A stretch of 64,000 bases of DNA from an uncultured Coriobacteriia bacterium (GTDB taxonomy: Bacteria > Actinomycetota > Coriobacteriia > Anaerosomatales > JAAXUF01): NCBI GenBank assembly GCA_963726345.1, contig CAVSCC010000011.1:55605-119604 (forward strand), in the 5' to 3' direction. This document shows positions 43,558 through 53,978 of this stretch, piece by piece; positions within the stretch are counted from its first letter, which is position 1; each line of letters opens with the position of its first letter. The notes under the pieces were generated by a model, which saw nothing but the letters and a program-made list of their open reading frames with translations, was not told the DNA's origin and ran no database searches. The position numbers and the translations under genes are program-made.

Positions 43558-44528
43558 CTATCGCGCGAGCACGCCTGCGAGCTGGTACATCTCCTGTCGC
43601 AGCAGGTGCTGTGCGCCATACGCCTCTTTGAGCGGGTACGTGTGCGTGTGCGAGCCCTTGAGCCCGACGGCGACGGCCGCCTCGCCCTGCGAGCAGCGCG
43701 TCCACCGCGCGCGCTCCCATCCGACTCGCGAGGATGCGGTCGAAAGCCGACGGCGAACCCCCGCGCTGTACGTGGCCGAGGACCACCGAGCGCGCCTCAT
43801 GGTCGTAACGGTCCTGGAGCTCCTCGGCGAGTTTGAATGCGTGGCCGCCGCCCTCGGCGATCACGATGATCGAGTGCTGCTTGCCACGTTTCACGCCCTG
43901 CACGATGCAGGCCCACACGTCTTCGATGCGCCACGGGACCTCCGGCACGAGAATGCAGTCGCCACCGCACGCCAGGCCGGCGTAGGTGGCCAGAATGCCG
44001 CAGCTACGTCCCATCACTTCGATGACGAAGGTTCGCTCGTGGCTCGACGCGGTGTCGCGCACCTTGCCTACGGCGTCGCAGATGGTGTTGAGCGCCGTGT
44101 CGAAGCCGATAGACGTGTCGGTGCCGGCAACGTCGTTGTCGATCGTGCCGGGAACGCCCACGGTCGCGACGCCGCGCGCGTGAAGCTCCTCGGCGCCGCG
44201 ATACGATCCGTCGCCGCCGATGATCACCAAGCCGGTCACACCGTTGCTCGTTGAGCAGCTCGGTCGCTTCGTCGAGTCCGTCTTCAGTCTCGAATCGGGC
44301 GGACCGCGACGTGCCGAGGAACGTGCCGCCGCGGTCGAGAATGCCGCCCACGTCCGAAAGCCCCAACGGGCGGAAGCAACCCTTGAGCAGCCCCTCATAC
44401 CCGTGCTCGATGCCTACCACGTCCGCACCACGAGCGATGGCCGACCGCACCACGGACCGGATGGCGGCGTTCATTCCCGGCGCATCACCACCGCTGGTCA
44501 GCACCGCGATCTTGGGACGCTCAGTCAT
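43558..44528 (-). pseudogene. pfkA: ATP-dependent 6-phosphofructokinase, 2 frameshifts (about 44250 and about 43700)
   Basis: The three pieces are KIAVLTSGGDAPGMNAAIR (44004..44537), [12 protein letters not shown]...GVPGTIDND...MGRSCG (43532..44398) and the C-terminus in 43558..43800. Confidence 0.85.
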
Positions 44529-44533
44529 TCGAC

Positions 44534-45508
44534 TCACCCCTCGTCGAGTGTGCAGAACTCACCGATCGCACGAAGCCTCTCGTAGCGCCGATCAACCAGT
44601 TCAGGGACCGGCACGGAGCACAGTTCGTCGAGTGAGCGCGAAACGGCCTCGCCCACGCTCGCAAGCACGGCGGCCCGGTCGCGGTGCGCACCGCCGAGTG
44701 GTTCCGGCAGCACCTCGTCGACGATGCCGAGCCCCACGAGGTCGTTCGCGGTCATGCGCAGGCAGGTCGAGGCCGCCTCGGCCTGTCCGGTATCGCGGTA
44801 GAGGATCTGAGCGCACATCTCGGGGCTGATCACCGAGTAGTACGAGTTCTCGAGCATGAGCAGCCGGTCACCGAAGCCGATCGCCAGCGCACCGCCGCTC
44901 CCGCCTTCGCCGATACCCACGACGACCACGGGCACGCGCAGCGCCGAGAGCTTCGCGAGCGACTCGGCGATGGCCCACGCCTGACCGCGCTCCTCGTCTT
45001 CGAGCCCCGGCGACGCGCCGGCCGTATCGAGGAAGCTCACGACCGGCAGCCCGAACTTCTCGGCGAGGTCGAAGGCGCGCATCGCCTTGCGGAAGCCCTC
45101 CGGGTGCGGGCTCCCGAAGTTGCGACGGATGTTCTCCTTCGTGTCGGTCCCCTTGCGGTGGCCGATCACCACGACACGACGGCCGCCCATCGTGGCCAGG
45201 CCCGCGAGCATGGCCTCGTCATCGCCATAGTGGCGGTCGCCGCGCAGCTCGATGACGTCGGTGAAGAGCGCCTCCACGTAGTGCTGCGTCTTGGGACGCT
45301 CCGGATGACGCGATATCTGGACGCGGTCCCACGGGGAGAGGTGCAGGTAGGTGTCGATGCGGAGTCGTTCGATCTGGGAACCGAGGTCGTCGATCTCCTC
45401 GGCGAGGTCGGACTCAGCCGCGACATCGAGTTTGCGCAGCTCGTCGAGTTTCGCCTCGAGCTCCATCAGCGGGCGTTCGAACTCCATCACGAAGCGCGGC
45501 TTGCTCAC
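44534..45508 (-). CDS. accA: Acetyl-CoA carboxylase carboxyltransferase alpha subunit
   Basis: 324 aa: RHPERPKTQHYV..., LRGDRHYGDD, and the FLDTAGASPG motif. GTGA overlap with the accD stop. Confidence 0.9.
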   Translation of the reverse strand: MSKPRFVMEFERPLMELEAKLDELRKLDVAAESDLAEEIDDLGSQIERLRIDTYLHLSPWDRVQISRHPERPKTQHYVEALFTDVIELRGDRHYGDDEAMLAGLATMGGRRVVVIGHRKGTDTKENIRRNFGSPHPEGFRKAMRAFDLAEKFGLPVVSFLDTAGASPGLEDEERGQAWAIAESLAKLSALRVPVVVVGIGEGGSGGALAIGFGDRLLMLENSYYSVISPEMCAQILYRDTGQAEAASTCLRMTANDLVGLGIVDEVLPEPLGGAHRDRAAVLASVGEAVSRSLDELCSVPVPELVDRRYERLRAIGEFCTLDEG

Positions 45509-46398
45509 GACGCCTCACCCGCCTTCGCGGCAGGTTGCAGGTAGCCGAGGAGCAGCGCCACGTGGTCCTTCAGGTCCTCTCGGGGGACGATCTCGTCGAT
45601 CATCCCGTGCCGCATGAGCGACTCGCTGGTCTGGAAGTCCTTGGGGAGCTTCTGTCGCGTGGTCTGCTCGACCAGCTTGGGCCCCGCGAAGCCGATCAGG
45701 GCGCCGGGTTCCGCGATGATCACGTCGCCGAGTACCGCGAACGAAGCGGTCACGCCGCCGAACGTCGGGTTCGTCAGGACGGAGATGTAGGCCAGTCCGG
45801 CGTCCGAATGCCTGCGGGCGGCGGCACTGGTCTTGGCCATCTGCATGAGCGACAGCATGCCCTCTTGCATGCGCGCGCCGCCCGAAGCGGTCACCAGCAC
45901 GATGGGCAGCCGACGCTCGGTCGCCAGTTCGAAGGCTCGCGCGATCTTCTCGCCGACCACCGAACCCATCGAGGCGCCGATGAACCGGAAGTCCATGACG
46001 CCGAGCACCGCGGGGCGAGATCCGATGGACGCCATGCCGGTGATCACGGCTTCCGGCAGCCCGCTCTTCTCGGCGGCGGCGTCGAGCTGCACCGCGTAGG
46101 GCTTGGCGGCGGTGAACTCCAGCGGATCGCACGGCAAGAGGTCGGCGTCGATCTCGGCGAACGACCCCTCGTCGGCAAGCAGCTCGATGCGCTGCGGCCC
46201 CGTCAGGTCGAAGTGAAATCCGCACGTGGGACAGACGCGCTGCGACTGCACGAGCTCGCCCTCGTAGATGGTGCGCTTGCACCCTTCGCACTTGACCCAG
46301 ACGCCGTCGGGCAGGTCAGAGCCCGCGGATGTCCCCTTGTCGGTGACCCGGGTATAGCGTTTGGTCTCGCGTGCTGAGAACCAATCTGAAATCGGCAT
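45505..46398 (-). CDS. accD: Acetyl-CoA carboxylase carboxyltransferase beta subunit
   Basis: From ATG 46398: MPISDWFSAR..., zinc ribbon CEGC...CPTCG, and GGARMQEG. Confidence 0.9.
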   Translation of the reverse strand: MPISDWFSARETKRYTRVTDKGTSAGSDLPDGVWVKCEGCKRTIYEGELVQSQRVCPTCGFHFDLTGPQRIELLADEGSFAEIDADLLPCDPLEFTAAKPYAVQLDAAAEKSGLPEAVITGMASIGSRPAVLGVMDFRFIGASMGSVVGEKIARAFELATERRLPIVLVTASGGARMQEGMLSLMQMAKTSAAARRHSDAGLAYISVLTNPTFGGVTASFAVLGDVIIAEPGALIGFAGPKLVEQTTRQKLPKDFQTSESLMRHGMIDEIVPREDLKDHVALLLGYLQPAAKAGEAS

Positions 46399-46525
46399 CC
46401 GTGTGCGCCGTCCTGACTTATAGACTGACTGGTCTACTATTCCCCACAATGCCACTGCGGCACCGCCCGGCTGCAGATGCCGAAACGGTGCCGCGGAACG
46501 AATTCCGAGTAGTGCGTGCCTTGCC

Positions 46526-47464
46526 TTACGCCGAGAAGTCCTCGCTGCCGTTGAACACGGCGAGCGCACGGGCCACGTCGTAGTCGCCGATGGTGATCGC
46601 GCTGATCGCCTTGGTCAGCCGAACGGCCTCGTCGAGCGGGCGCTGATGCAGGTTGCGGCCGGTCGCGTTTCCGACCGCGCCGCCCACGTGGATCTGCTCG
46701 TGGAGCTGCGTCAGGAACGTCGTCGCGTCCACGGTCGAGCCGCCCGCACACACCAGGCCCGTGCGGCCGGACGCCTTGGAGGCCTCGACGAGCTTCTCGG
46801 CCGACGACGCGGTGTCGTCGCCCTTGGGCGGATTGCACTTGACGAAGTCGGCGCCAAGACACGCCGCGGTACCGGCAGCGCCCGCGATGAGGTGGGCGTC
46901 CTTCTCGTCGGCGACGGCCTTGCCGCGCGGGTAGATCCAGAGCACGACCAGCAGGCCGTTGGCGTGGGCGTCGGCGATGAGCTGCCCGGCCTCGGTCATC
47001 ATGGTCGACTCGTACTCCGAGCCCAGGTAGATGGTGTAGCCGATGCCGACCACGTTGACGCCGTTCTCACGCAGATCGAGCACGGCCTGGATGTCGTAGA
47101 GCTGCGGCGAGTACGGGTCGTCCTGGCTCGTCTTCACCAGGTGCGTCTTGCTGTTCATCTTCACGAGGTAGTTGATGTCGGGATAGTCCGCCGCGTACTG
47201 GGCCACGAGGCCACGCTGGCCGGCCAACACGCCGACAACACCCTCCGAGCCGATGCGGAACAGGTGCTCAGGCTCGGCGTCATCGGCAGATATTCCCTCG
47301 CCGAAGAAGTCGTCGTTGAGGTGCTCGATCTTCTGGTCGCACGCGAAGAGCATCAGGCGCCCGGAGTTGCGCGTGGCCGCCAGGAAGTTCTCGATATAGG
47401 TCTCGCGAAACTCGGCCGGAACGTCGGCCGGCACACGCACCAGATCACGGTTGATGGTTGGCAT
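46526..47464 (-). CDS. Class-I fructose-bisphosphate aldolase (DhnA/FbaB type)
   Basis: 312 aa: LMLFACDQKIEH..., YTIYLGSEYE, DFVKCNPP and GNATGRNLHQ. This is the same aldolase superfamily as 42571..43413, but a distinct paralogue. Confidence 0.75.
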   Translation of the reverse strand: MPTINRDLVRVPADVPAEFRETYIENFLAATRNSGRLMLFACDQKIEHLNDDFFGEGISADDAEPEHLFRIGSEGVVGVLAGQRGLVAQYAADYPDINYLVKMNSKTHLVKTSQDDPYSPQLYDIQAVLDLRENGVNVVGIGYTIYLGSEYESTMMTEAGQLIADAHANGLLVVLWIYPRGKAVADEKDAHLIAGAAGTAACLGADFVKCNPPKGDDTASSAEKLVEASKASGRTGLVCAGGSTVDATTFLTQLHEQIHVGGAVGNATGRNLHQRPLDEAVRLTKAISAITIGDYDVARALAVFNGSEDFSA

Positions 47465-47588
47465 GAAGCCCCCTCCTCGATGTACGGGTTCGATGAATGG
47501 AAAGAACAGCCGCGAAACGCCGCCCGCAGCCGTTCGGAACCACAGAATAGGGTACGCGAACCGAGCCGCACGCGCCAGAGAAACGCCC

Positions 47589-48041
47589 CTACGCCAGCCG
47601 CTTGCGCATCGTGCGGTGCGGGATACCGGTGAGCTGGCTCACGAAGAGATCGCCCTCCGCAACGTAGCCGAGCCGCCCGTAGAACCCGAAGGCGCTGTCT
47701 CTCGCGTGAAGCCAGGTCTCCTCGGCCCCCTCGGCGATGGCGAGTCGCTCCAGCTCCGCCATGAGCGCGCGCCCGACTCCGCGTCCGTGCGCAGACGGGC
47801 TCACGGCGACCTGCCTGACCTGCCGCGAACGGTCCTGCGGCGCAGGAAGCAGTCGCGCGGTTCCGAGCAGGGCGCCCCCCGAACCGAGCGCGATGGCGAA
47901 GGTGCTGCCGTTGGCCGGGTGGTACCAGTCGCCTTCCCGCGCGACGCCGAACTCGCGGTAGAGCACCTCGTACGACAGGTCCAGCAACTCGTCGAATCGC
48001 TCCCAGTCGTGCGTCTGCAGCTCGATGTCGAAGTCGCTCAC
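47589..48041 (-). CDS. GNAT-family N-acetyltransferase
   Basis: 150 aa with the acetyl-CoA motif QVAVSPSAHGRGVGRALM. Confidence 0.8.
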   Translation of the reverse strand: MSDFDIELQTHDWERFDELLDLSYEVLYREFGVAREGDWYHPANGSTFAIALGSGGALLGTARLLPAPQDRSRQVRQVAVSPSAHGRGVGRALMAELERLAIAEGAEETWLHARDSAFGFYGRLGYVAEGDLFVSQLTGIPHRTMRKRLA

Positions 48042-48047
48042 TCGGGC

Positions 48048-49655
48048 TCAGCCCCCGAAACCGTTCGTCACCGGCATGCGGCGGTCGCGGCCGAAGGCCT
48101 TCGAGGTGATCTTGACGCCGAGCGGACCCTGCCGGCGCTTGTACTCGGCGGTGTCGGTCAGCCGTATGACGCGGTCGACCACCGCGCCGTCGAATCCTGC
48201 GGCGACGATCTCGTCGCGACTCTGGTCGCGCTCGACGTAGGCCGCGAGGATTCCGTCGAGCTCGTCGTAGGGCGGCAGGGAGTCCTGGTCGGTCTGGTCG
48301 GCGCGGAGTTCGGCACTGGGCGCCTTGTCGAGGATCGCCTGCGGGATGACGGCGGATTCGCCGGTGTCGTTGCGCCACCGGGCGAGGTCATAGACGCGCG
48401 TCTTGAAGACGTCCTTGAGCGGCGCGAACCCGCCCACCATGTCGCCGTAGAGCGTCGAGTAGCCGACCGAGAGTTCGCTCTTGTTGCCGGTCGCGAGCGT
48501 GAGCCATCCGAACTTGTTGGACAGCGCCATCAGCAGCGTTCCGCGCACGCGGGCCTGCAGGTTCTCCTCGGCGACGTCGGGAGCGCGATCGGCGAACGCG
48601 GGTGCGAGCGTGTCGAGGAGCGCCTGGTAGGCGGGCTCGACCGGCAGCTCAAGAACGTCGACCGCCAACGCCGTCGCGAGCTCGACCGAATCGCTGACGC
48701 TTCCGGGCGAGGAGTAGCGGCTCGGCATCATGACCCCGTGGACGTGCTCGGCCCCCAGCGCGTCGGCGGCGATCGCCGCGGTCAGCGCCGAGTCGATGCC
48801 CCCGGACAGGCCCAGCACCACGTCGCTGAATCCGTTCTTGTGCACGTAGTCGCGCAGCCCCACCTTGATCGCTGAGTAGACCTCGTGCGCTCCGCCGACC
48901 TCCGGCTCGAGATCGCCCGACGCGCCGAGACGCCCGTCAGGGGCGAAGTCGGCGACGACCAGGTCTTCCTCGAACGCCTTGCCGCGAGCGATGACCTCCC
49001 CCGCTGGCGAGATGATGACGCTCCGGCCGTCGAAGACGAGCTCGTCCTGACCGCCCACGAGGTTGCAGTAGGCCAGCCACACGCCGTTGGCCCGCGCGCG
49101 CTCGCACAGCATCGCCTCACGCTCGGCGCCCTTGCCCGCGTGAAACGGCGACGCCGAGATGTTGAACACGACCTGCGCGCCCATCTCGGCGGCCTCGGCG
49201 ACCAGCTCGGGAACCCAGATATCCTCGCAGATGGTGTTGGCCATCATCGTCCCGCCAAGCTCGGTCAGGCCCGGTGACTCCCCCGCCGAGAAGTACCGCT
49301 CCTCGTCGAAGACGCCGTAGTTGGGCAGCCGCCGCTTGTGGTAGCGCTGCAGCACCATGCCGTTGCCGCACATCGCCATCGCGTTGTAGAGATGGTCTCC
49401 AACCCGATCCACGTAGCCGACCAATGTCGGCGTCCCGCATGCCGAGGAGATCAGCTCGAGCGCGTCGAGGTTCGCTTCGACGAAGTGGTCCTTGTGCAGC
49501 AGGTCCTCGGGCGGATAGCCGGTGATGGCGAGTTCGGGGAAGAGCGTGTAGCCCGCACCGAGCACCTGCGCGGCTCCGATCGCCTCGAGGATCTTGCGCA
49601 CGTTGCCGTCGATGTCTCCGACGGTGGTGTTGATCTGTGCCAAAGCGACTCGCAT
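48048..49655 (-). CDS. nadE: Glutamine-dependent NAD+ synthetase
   Basis: 535 aa. N-terminal CN-hydrolase domain (MRVALAQINTTVGD..., ICEDIW) plus a synthetase domain (GLSGGIDS). AGGAGG RBS. Confidence 0.9.
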   Translation of the reverse strand: MRVALAQINTTVGDIDGNVRKILEAIGAAQVLGAGYTLFPELAITGYPPEDLLHKDHFVEANLDALELISSACGTPTLVGYVDRVGDHLYNAMAMCGNGMVLQRYHKRRLPNYGVFDEERYFSAGESPGLTELGGTMMANTICEDIWVPELVAEAAEMGAQVVFNISASPFHAGKGAEREAMLCERARANGVWLAYCNLVGGQDELVFDGRSVIISPAGEVIARGKAFEEDLVVADFAPDGRLGASGDLEPEVGGAHEVYSAIKVGLRDYVHKNGFSDVVLGLSGGIDSALTAAIAADALGAEHVHGVMMPSRYSSPGSVSDSVELATALAVDVLELPVEPAYQALLDTLAPAFADRAPDVAEENLQARVRGTLLMALSNKFGWLTLATGNKSELSVGYSTLYGDMVGGFAPLKDVFKTRVYDLARWRNDTGESAVIPQAILDKAPSAELRADQTDQDSLPPYDELDGILAAYVERDQSRDEIVAAGFDGAVVDRVIRLTDTAEYKRRQGPLGVKITSKAFGRDRRMPVTNGFGG

Positions 49656-49668
49656 GCGACGTCCTCCT

Positions 49669-50071
49669 CTATCGGTTCATGAAGGTGATGCTGAGCTGCA
49701 GCACCGTCGCGATGCTCACCCACACCAGATACGGCGACAGGACAAGCGCGATCCATTCGCTGCCGGGCCGCCACGCCAACGCGATCCACCAGACGATCGT
49801 GACGAGCACCACCACGATGTCGACTGCCGCCAGCGGTAGGTTGCGCAGCCCGAACTGGATCGGCGTGAAGGCGAAGTTGGCGGCGAGGTTGATCGCGAGC
49901 GGGACCAGGATGAGCCGCGGCAGCTCTCCGCGCACGACCTTGAACACGGTGGCGACCGCCGCGATCGCGATCAAGCGGGTAGACGATCGCCCAGATCGTG
50001 CCGATCACCGACGGCGCGGGTGTCCACTTGGGCTTGGACAGCGCGTCGTACCACGGGTAGAAGTCGGACAC
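49669..50071 (-). pseudogene. tspO: TspO/MBR-family protein, one frameshift near 49975, apparently lacking the first TM helix
   Basis: WYDALSKPKWTPAPSVIGTIWAIVYP (ORF 49451..50134) continues as LIAIAAVATVF...NFAFTPIQF...LSPYLVWVSIATVLQ (ORF 49669..49974) after a 1-nt shift (checked by hand). GTG 50071 follows GGAG. Confidence 0.65.
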
Positions 50072-50376
50072 GGTCAACTCCGTCTGTTGGGGCCTGTGAG
50101 CGGTCGCCGAGGCACGCGAAAGCTCGCCGAACACACTATACCCGCCCTTCTCGGCGAACCGTTGCGATACGCCCGGGCTGCGGCGTTGCCATTACGTCAC
50201 CTACCTGCGACGTTGCCGAGGATGGCACGGGCATCGCTCCCTTGGCCCCGGCTGCCGCCCCGACGAAGCAGCGCTGTCTCCAGTAGGCACGGGCGGAACA
50301 GCACGCACCAGGCACCGACTCGCGAGTGCGCGAGCACGGCCCCGGAGCGTAGTGTCACCAACGGAAGGACGACTGC

Positions 50377-51065
50377 GTGAAGGTACGGAAGAGCACTCTG
50401 CGACTGCCGGTCATACTGAGCCGGCTCCTGCTCGCCATCCCCCTCTCGATGGCGCTCACGATGGCGGTCCACACCGCTCCCGCAAGCGCTATCACCCGCA
50501 CCGAGGTTCTACGCCGAGCAAACCACTGGGTGAAGAAGCGCGTCCCCTACAGCCAGTCCGGCTCCTACCAAGGCTACCGCCGTGACTGCAGTGGCATGGT
50601 CTCGATGGCGTGGGGTCTTCGAACCTCCTACACCTCCAGCACCATCCGCTCGCGCGCGCGCCGCGTCGCCAAGCGAAACCTCAAGCCAGGCGACGCCGTT
50701 CAGACTCCTGGGCACGTCGCCATCTTCGCTGGATGGGCCAACAAGAAGAAGACGCGCTACCGTGTCATGGAACAGTCCGGGTCGGGTAAGCCCGCTCTGC
50801 GGCGCACCAAGACCTGGCGCCGAGGCGCCAAGGGCCTGAGACTGCGCGGCATCAAGGACAATCCTCCGGTGCTGGTCGCCAGCAGGCCCGCTGCCCGTCG
50901 CGCCCGTCGCGGCCGCACCCGCGACCCCTGCCGCCGTCACCGTGCGCCGCAGCCGTGCTCGCGACGCCCACGGCCTCCGCGCCGCTGACGGAGACCGTCT
51001 CTGTACTCGCGACACCCACGGTCTCTGCGGCGCTGACGGAGACCGCCGGAGCGCTCCTGCCGTAG
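50377..51065 (+). pseudogene. Secreted NlpC/P60-like (C40) peptidase with P/A/T-rich repeat tail; frame of the tail ambiguous
   Basis: GTG 50377 follows GGAAGGA. A signal peptide is followed by YRRDCSGMVSMAW (Cys) and PGHVAIFAGW (His). Downstream P/A-rich segments lie in two other frames and end ...LTETAGALLP-TAG at 51065. Confidence 0.65.
50961..51056 (+). repeat. Tandem direct repeat, 2 x 48 bp
   Basis: GCGACGCCCACGGCCTCCGCGCCGCTGACGGAGACC... versus GCGACACCCACGGTCTCTGCGGCGCTGACGGAGACC.... The two copies encode ATPT(A/V)SA(P/A)LTET units in one frame. Confidence 0.7.
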
Positions 51066-51135
51066 GTGCTGAGACGACCACGAGGGCGCGCCGGCTGAAC
51101 GCGGCCTGGCGGAGTCCGGCCCGAACGATGTCGCG

Positions 51136-51936
51136 TCAGGCGCGTACCGCGCGCGCGAGGCTCGTCACGAACTCGCGCAGCGCAGCGGGATCGGTCTGGC
51201 GCTTCACGATCGCGCTGCCGACGATCACTCCGTCTGCAAGCTCGGCTACCGTGGCGGTCTGATCCGGTGTGGACACGCCGAATCCGACCGCCACGGGCAG
51301 CTCGGTCGCGGCTTTGACCCGCCCGACAAGCTCCACCAGCTCCGTCGGCAACTCGGCGCGCTCGCCGGTGACGCCGGTGCTGGAGACGCAGTAGACGAAC
51401 CCTCTCGACATCGAGCCGACCTTCGCGAGACGGTCGGGCGTCGATGTCGGCGCGACCAGGAACACGGTGTCGATGCCCTCAGAGGCTGCGAGCCAGGGTC
51501 CGGCCATGTCCGGAGGAAGGTCAGGGACGATGACGCCGCCGATCCCCGCCTCGCGCATCGCGGCCGCGGCCTTCGGCAGACCCGCACGCATCAGCGGGTT
51601 CAAGTAGGTCATGAGCGCCACGGGCGGCGCCTCGGCGCCGGCCTCCGCGATGAACTCGCGCGCGAGGTCGATCGTTTCGGTGAGGCCGAAGGCGCCACCG
51701 GCCGCGGCGCGCGCGGCATCGGCTGCATCGCGGATGACGGGGCCGTCGGCGAGCGGGTCGGCGAAGGGCACGCCAAGCTCGATGAGGTCCGCGCCCGCCT
51801 CGGCGAGGATGCCGAGCGCAGCGAGCGAGTCGGCGCGCGTCGGGTAGCCCGCCATCATGTAGGCGACCAGCGCCGGGCGCCCGTGCGCGAACGCGCGGGC
51901 GAGGCCGCGGTCAGTCAACGCCGAGACCCGCTTCAC
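51136..51936 (-). CDS. trpA: Tryptophan synthase alpha chain
   Basis: 266 aa: [11 protein letters not shown]..., [16 protein letters not shown] and [17 protein letters not shown] about 18 nt downstream, overlapping the trpB stop, is an alternative start. Confidence 0.9.
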   Translation of the reverse strand: MKRVSALTDRGLARAFAHGRPALVAYMMAGYPTRADSLAALGILAEAGADLIELGVPFADPLADGPVIRDAADAARAAAGGAFGLTETIDLAREFIAEAGAEAPPVALMTYLNPLMRAGLPKAAAAMREAGIGGVIVPDLPPDMAGPWLAASEGIDTVFLVAPTSTPDRLAKVGSMSRGFVYCVSSTGVTGERAELPTELVELVGRVKAATELPVAVGFGVSTPDQTATVAELADGVIVGSAIVKRQTDPAALREFVTSLARAVRA

Positions 51937-53135
51937 GAACGATGTCGATGTCCTTGTCTCCGCGGCCAGACAGCGTCACGACCACGACTGCGTCGGGACC
52001 GAGCTCCTCGGCGAGTCGCGGGAGCAGGGCCAGAGCATGCGAGGACTCGATGGCGGGGATGATGCCTTCGAGGTGCGTGAGCTGGGCGAACGCGGCCAGC
52101 GCCTCGGCATCGGTCACCGGCTCGTAGCGCACGATCCCCTCGTCCTTGAAGTACGCGTGCTCCGGACCGACGCCCGGATAGTCGAGCCCCGCCGAGATCG
52201 AGTACGCCTCGAGCGGATTGCCGGCGTCGTCCTGGAGCAGGTAGCTGTAGAAGCCGTGCAGGATCCCCGGCGACCCGAGCGTCATCGACGCGCCCGTCTT
52301 GTCGGTGTCGATGCCGAGACCGGCCGCCTCGGCACCCACGAGCAGCGGGTTGCCGAGCGCGCCCTCCGACGAGCACGAACGGGTAGAACGTGCCGATCGC
52401 GTTGCTGCCGCCACCGACGCAGGCGACCACCGCGTCGACGTGCCAGACCTCGCGCGCCTGCAGCTGGTCGATGATCTCGAGGCCGATCACGCTCTGGAAG
52501 TCGCGCACCATCATGGGATACGGGTGCGGCCCGACCGCCGAGCCGAGCACGTAGAACGTGTCTTCGACGCGCTCGACCCAGTGGCGAAGCGCCGCTGTGA
52601 CGGCGTTGGCGAGCGTGCCGGAGCCCTCGGAGACCGGCACGACCTCGGCGCCGAGCAGACGCATCTTGTAGACGTTGAGCGACTGCCGGCGGATGTCCTC
52701 GACGCCCATGAACACCGCGCACTCGAGGTCCATGAGCGCGGCGGCGGTCGCGGTCGCGACCCCGTGCTGGCCGGCGCCCGTCTCGGCGATGACGCGCTTC
52801 TTGCCCATGCGCTTGGCGAGCAGGCACTGGCCGAGCGTGTTGTTGATCTTGTGTGCGCCCGTGTGGCAGAGGTCCTCGCGCTTGAGGTACACCGCGCCGA
52901 GACCGACCGCCTCGGCGAGACGCTTGGCCTTGTAGAGCGGCGTGACGCGGCCGACGTAGTCGCGGCGCAGGTCATCGAGCTCGGCCTCGAACTCCGGGTC
53001 ACTGCAGGCATCTTCGTACGCGGCGGTGAGCTCCTCGAGTGCGGGAATGACCGTCTCGGGGACGAAGCGCCCTCCGTAGGGGCCGAAGAAGCCGGCCGCG
53101 TCGGGTCCGCTGTAGACAGAGTCTGCCGAAGGCAA
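51911..53135 (-). pseudogene. trpB: Tryptophan synthase beta chain (TrpB1 type), one frameshift near 52390
   Basis: The N-terminal part ([11 protein letters not shown]..., [25 protein letters not shown]) is in ORF 51933..53135. The C-terminus (GILHG...[15 protein letters not shown]...SGRGDKD) is in ORF 51911..52414. Confidence 0.9.
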
Positions 53136-53144
53136 TAGACTCGC

Positions 53145-53784
53145 TCATTCCCCTACCCTCCAGTCGGCCGCCCGAACGGCGGCACAGAGCGCGTTCAGCT
53201 TCGCGTGGTCCTTCACGCCGGGACTCGTCTCGACCCCGGATGAGACATCGACGGCGTACGGACGCAGCACGGCGATGCACTCGCCTACGTTATCAGGAGT
53301 CAGCCCCCCGGCCACAAAGGAGGGAGCCCAACCAGGGACCGCGCCTAGGGGTCGCCATTCAAACGTTTGCGAGGTGCCGCCCGCTTTGTCAGCAGCATAC
53401 GTGTCGAGAAGGAGGGCGGCGGCGTGGTCCCGGTAGGGCTCCGCCCCTTCCAGACCGAAATCCATGCCAATCGGCACCATCTTGATGACCGGCACGGGTG
53501 CCGCATCGCAGTCCTCCGGCGACTCGGTGCCGCTGAACTGCACCGCAGTGAGCCCGCACGCTGAGACCGCGGCCGCAACCTCCTCTGCCGAAGCGTTCAC
53601 GAACACGCCGACGCGCGCCACAGGCAGGCGGCACCACGGCCAGCGCGGCCGCAGCCTGCGCGATCGTCACCTGCCGAGGCGACGGCGCGAAGATCACGCC
53701 GATCGCGTCGGCACCCGCCGCCACCGCCGCCGCCGCATCCTCAGCGTTGGTGATGCCGCATATCTTGATCCGAGTCCGTGTCAT
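53145..53784 (-). pseudogene. trpF: Phosphoribosylanthranilate isomerase, one frameshift near 53620
   Basis: [17 protein letters not shown]... (53389..53784) continues as VGVFVN...LLDTY...GGTSQTFEW...AGGLTPDNV (53145..53621). Confidence 0.85.
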
Positions 53785-53978
53785 TGGGTCTGTCCTTCAG
53801 GGTGTCAGATCTGCTGTGCGGCGATGTCGCGCTTGCGGGGCGCTGCGGTGGGCGACACGCGCGTGGAGCCTGCGGGCCGAAGCGAGTACTCCGCAGGCAC
53901 GTGCCACCGCCGTGCGGTGGACGTGCCGAGGACCACGAGCGAAGGTCCGCGAGGCTCCACGCAACCGAGATGCGCCTG

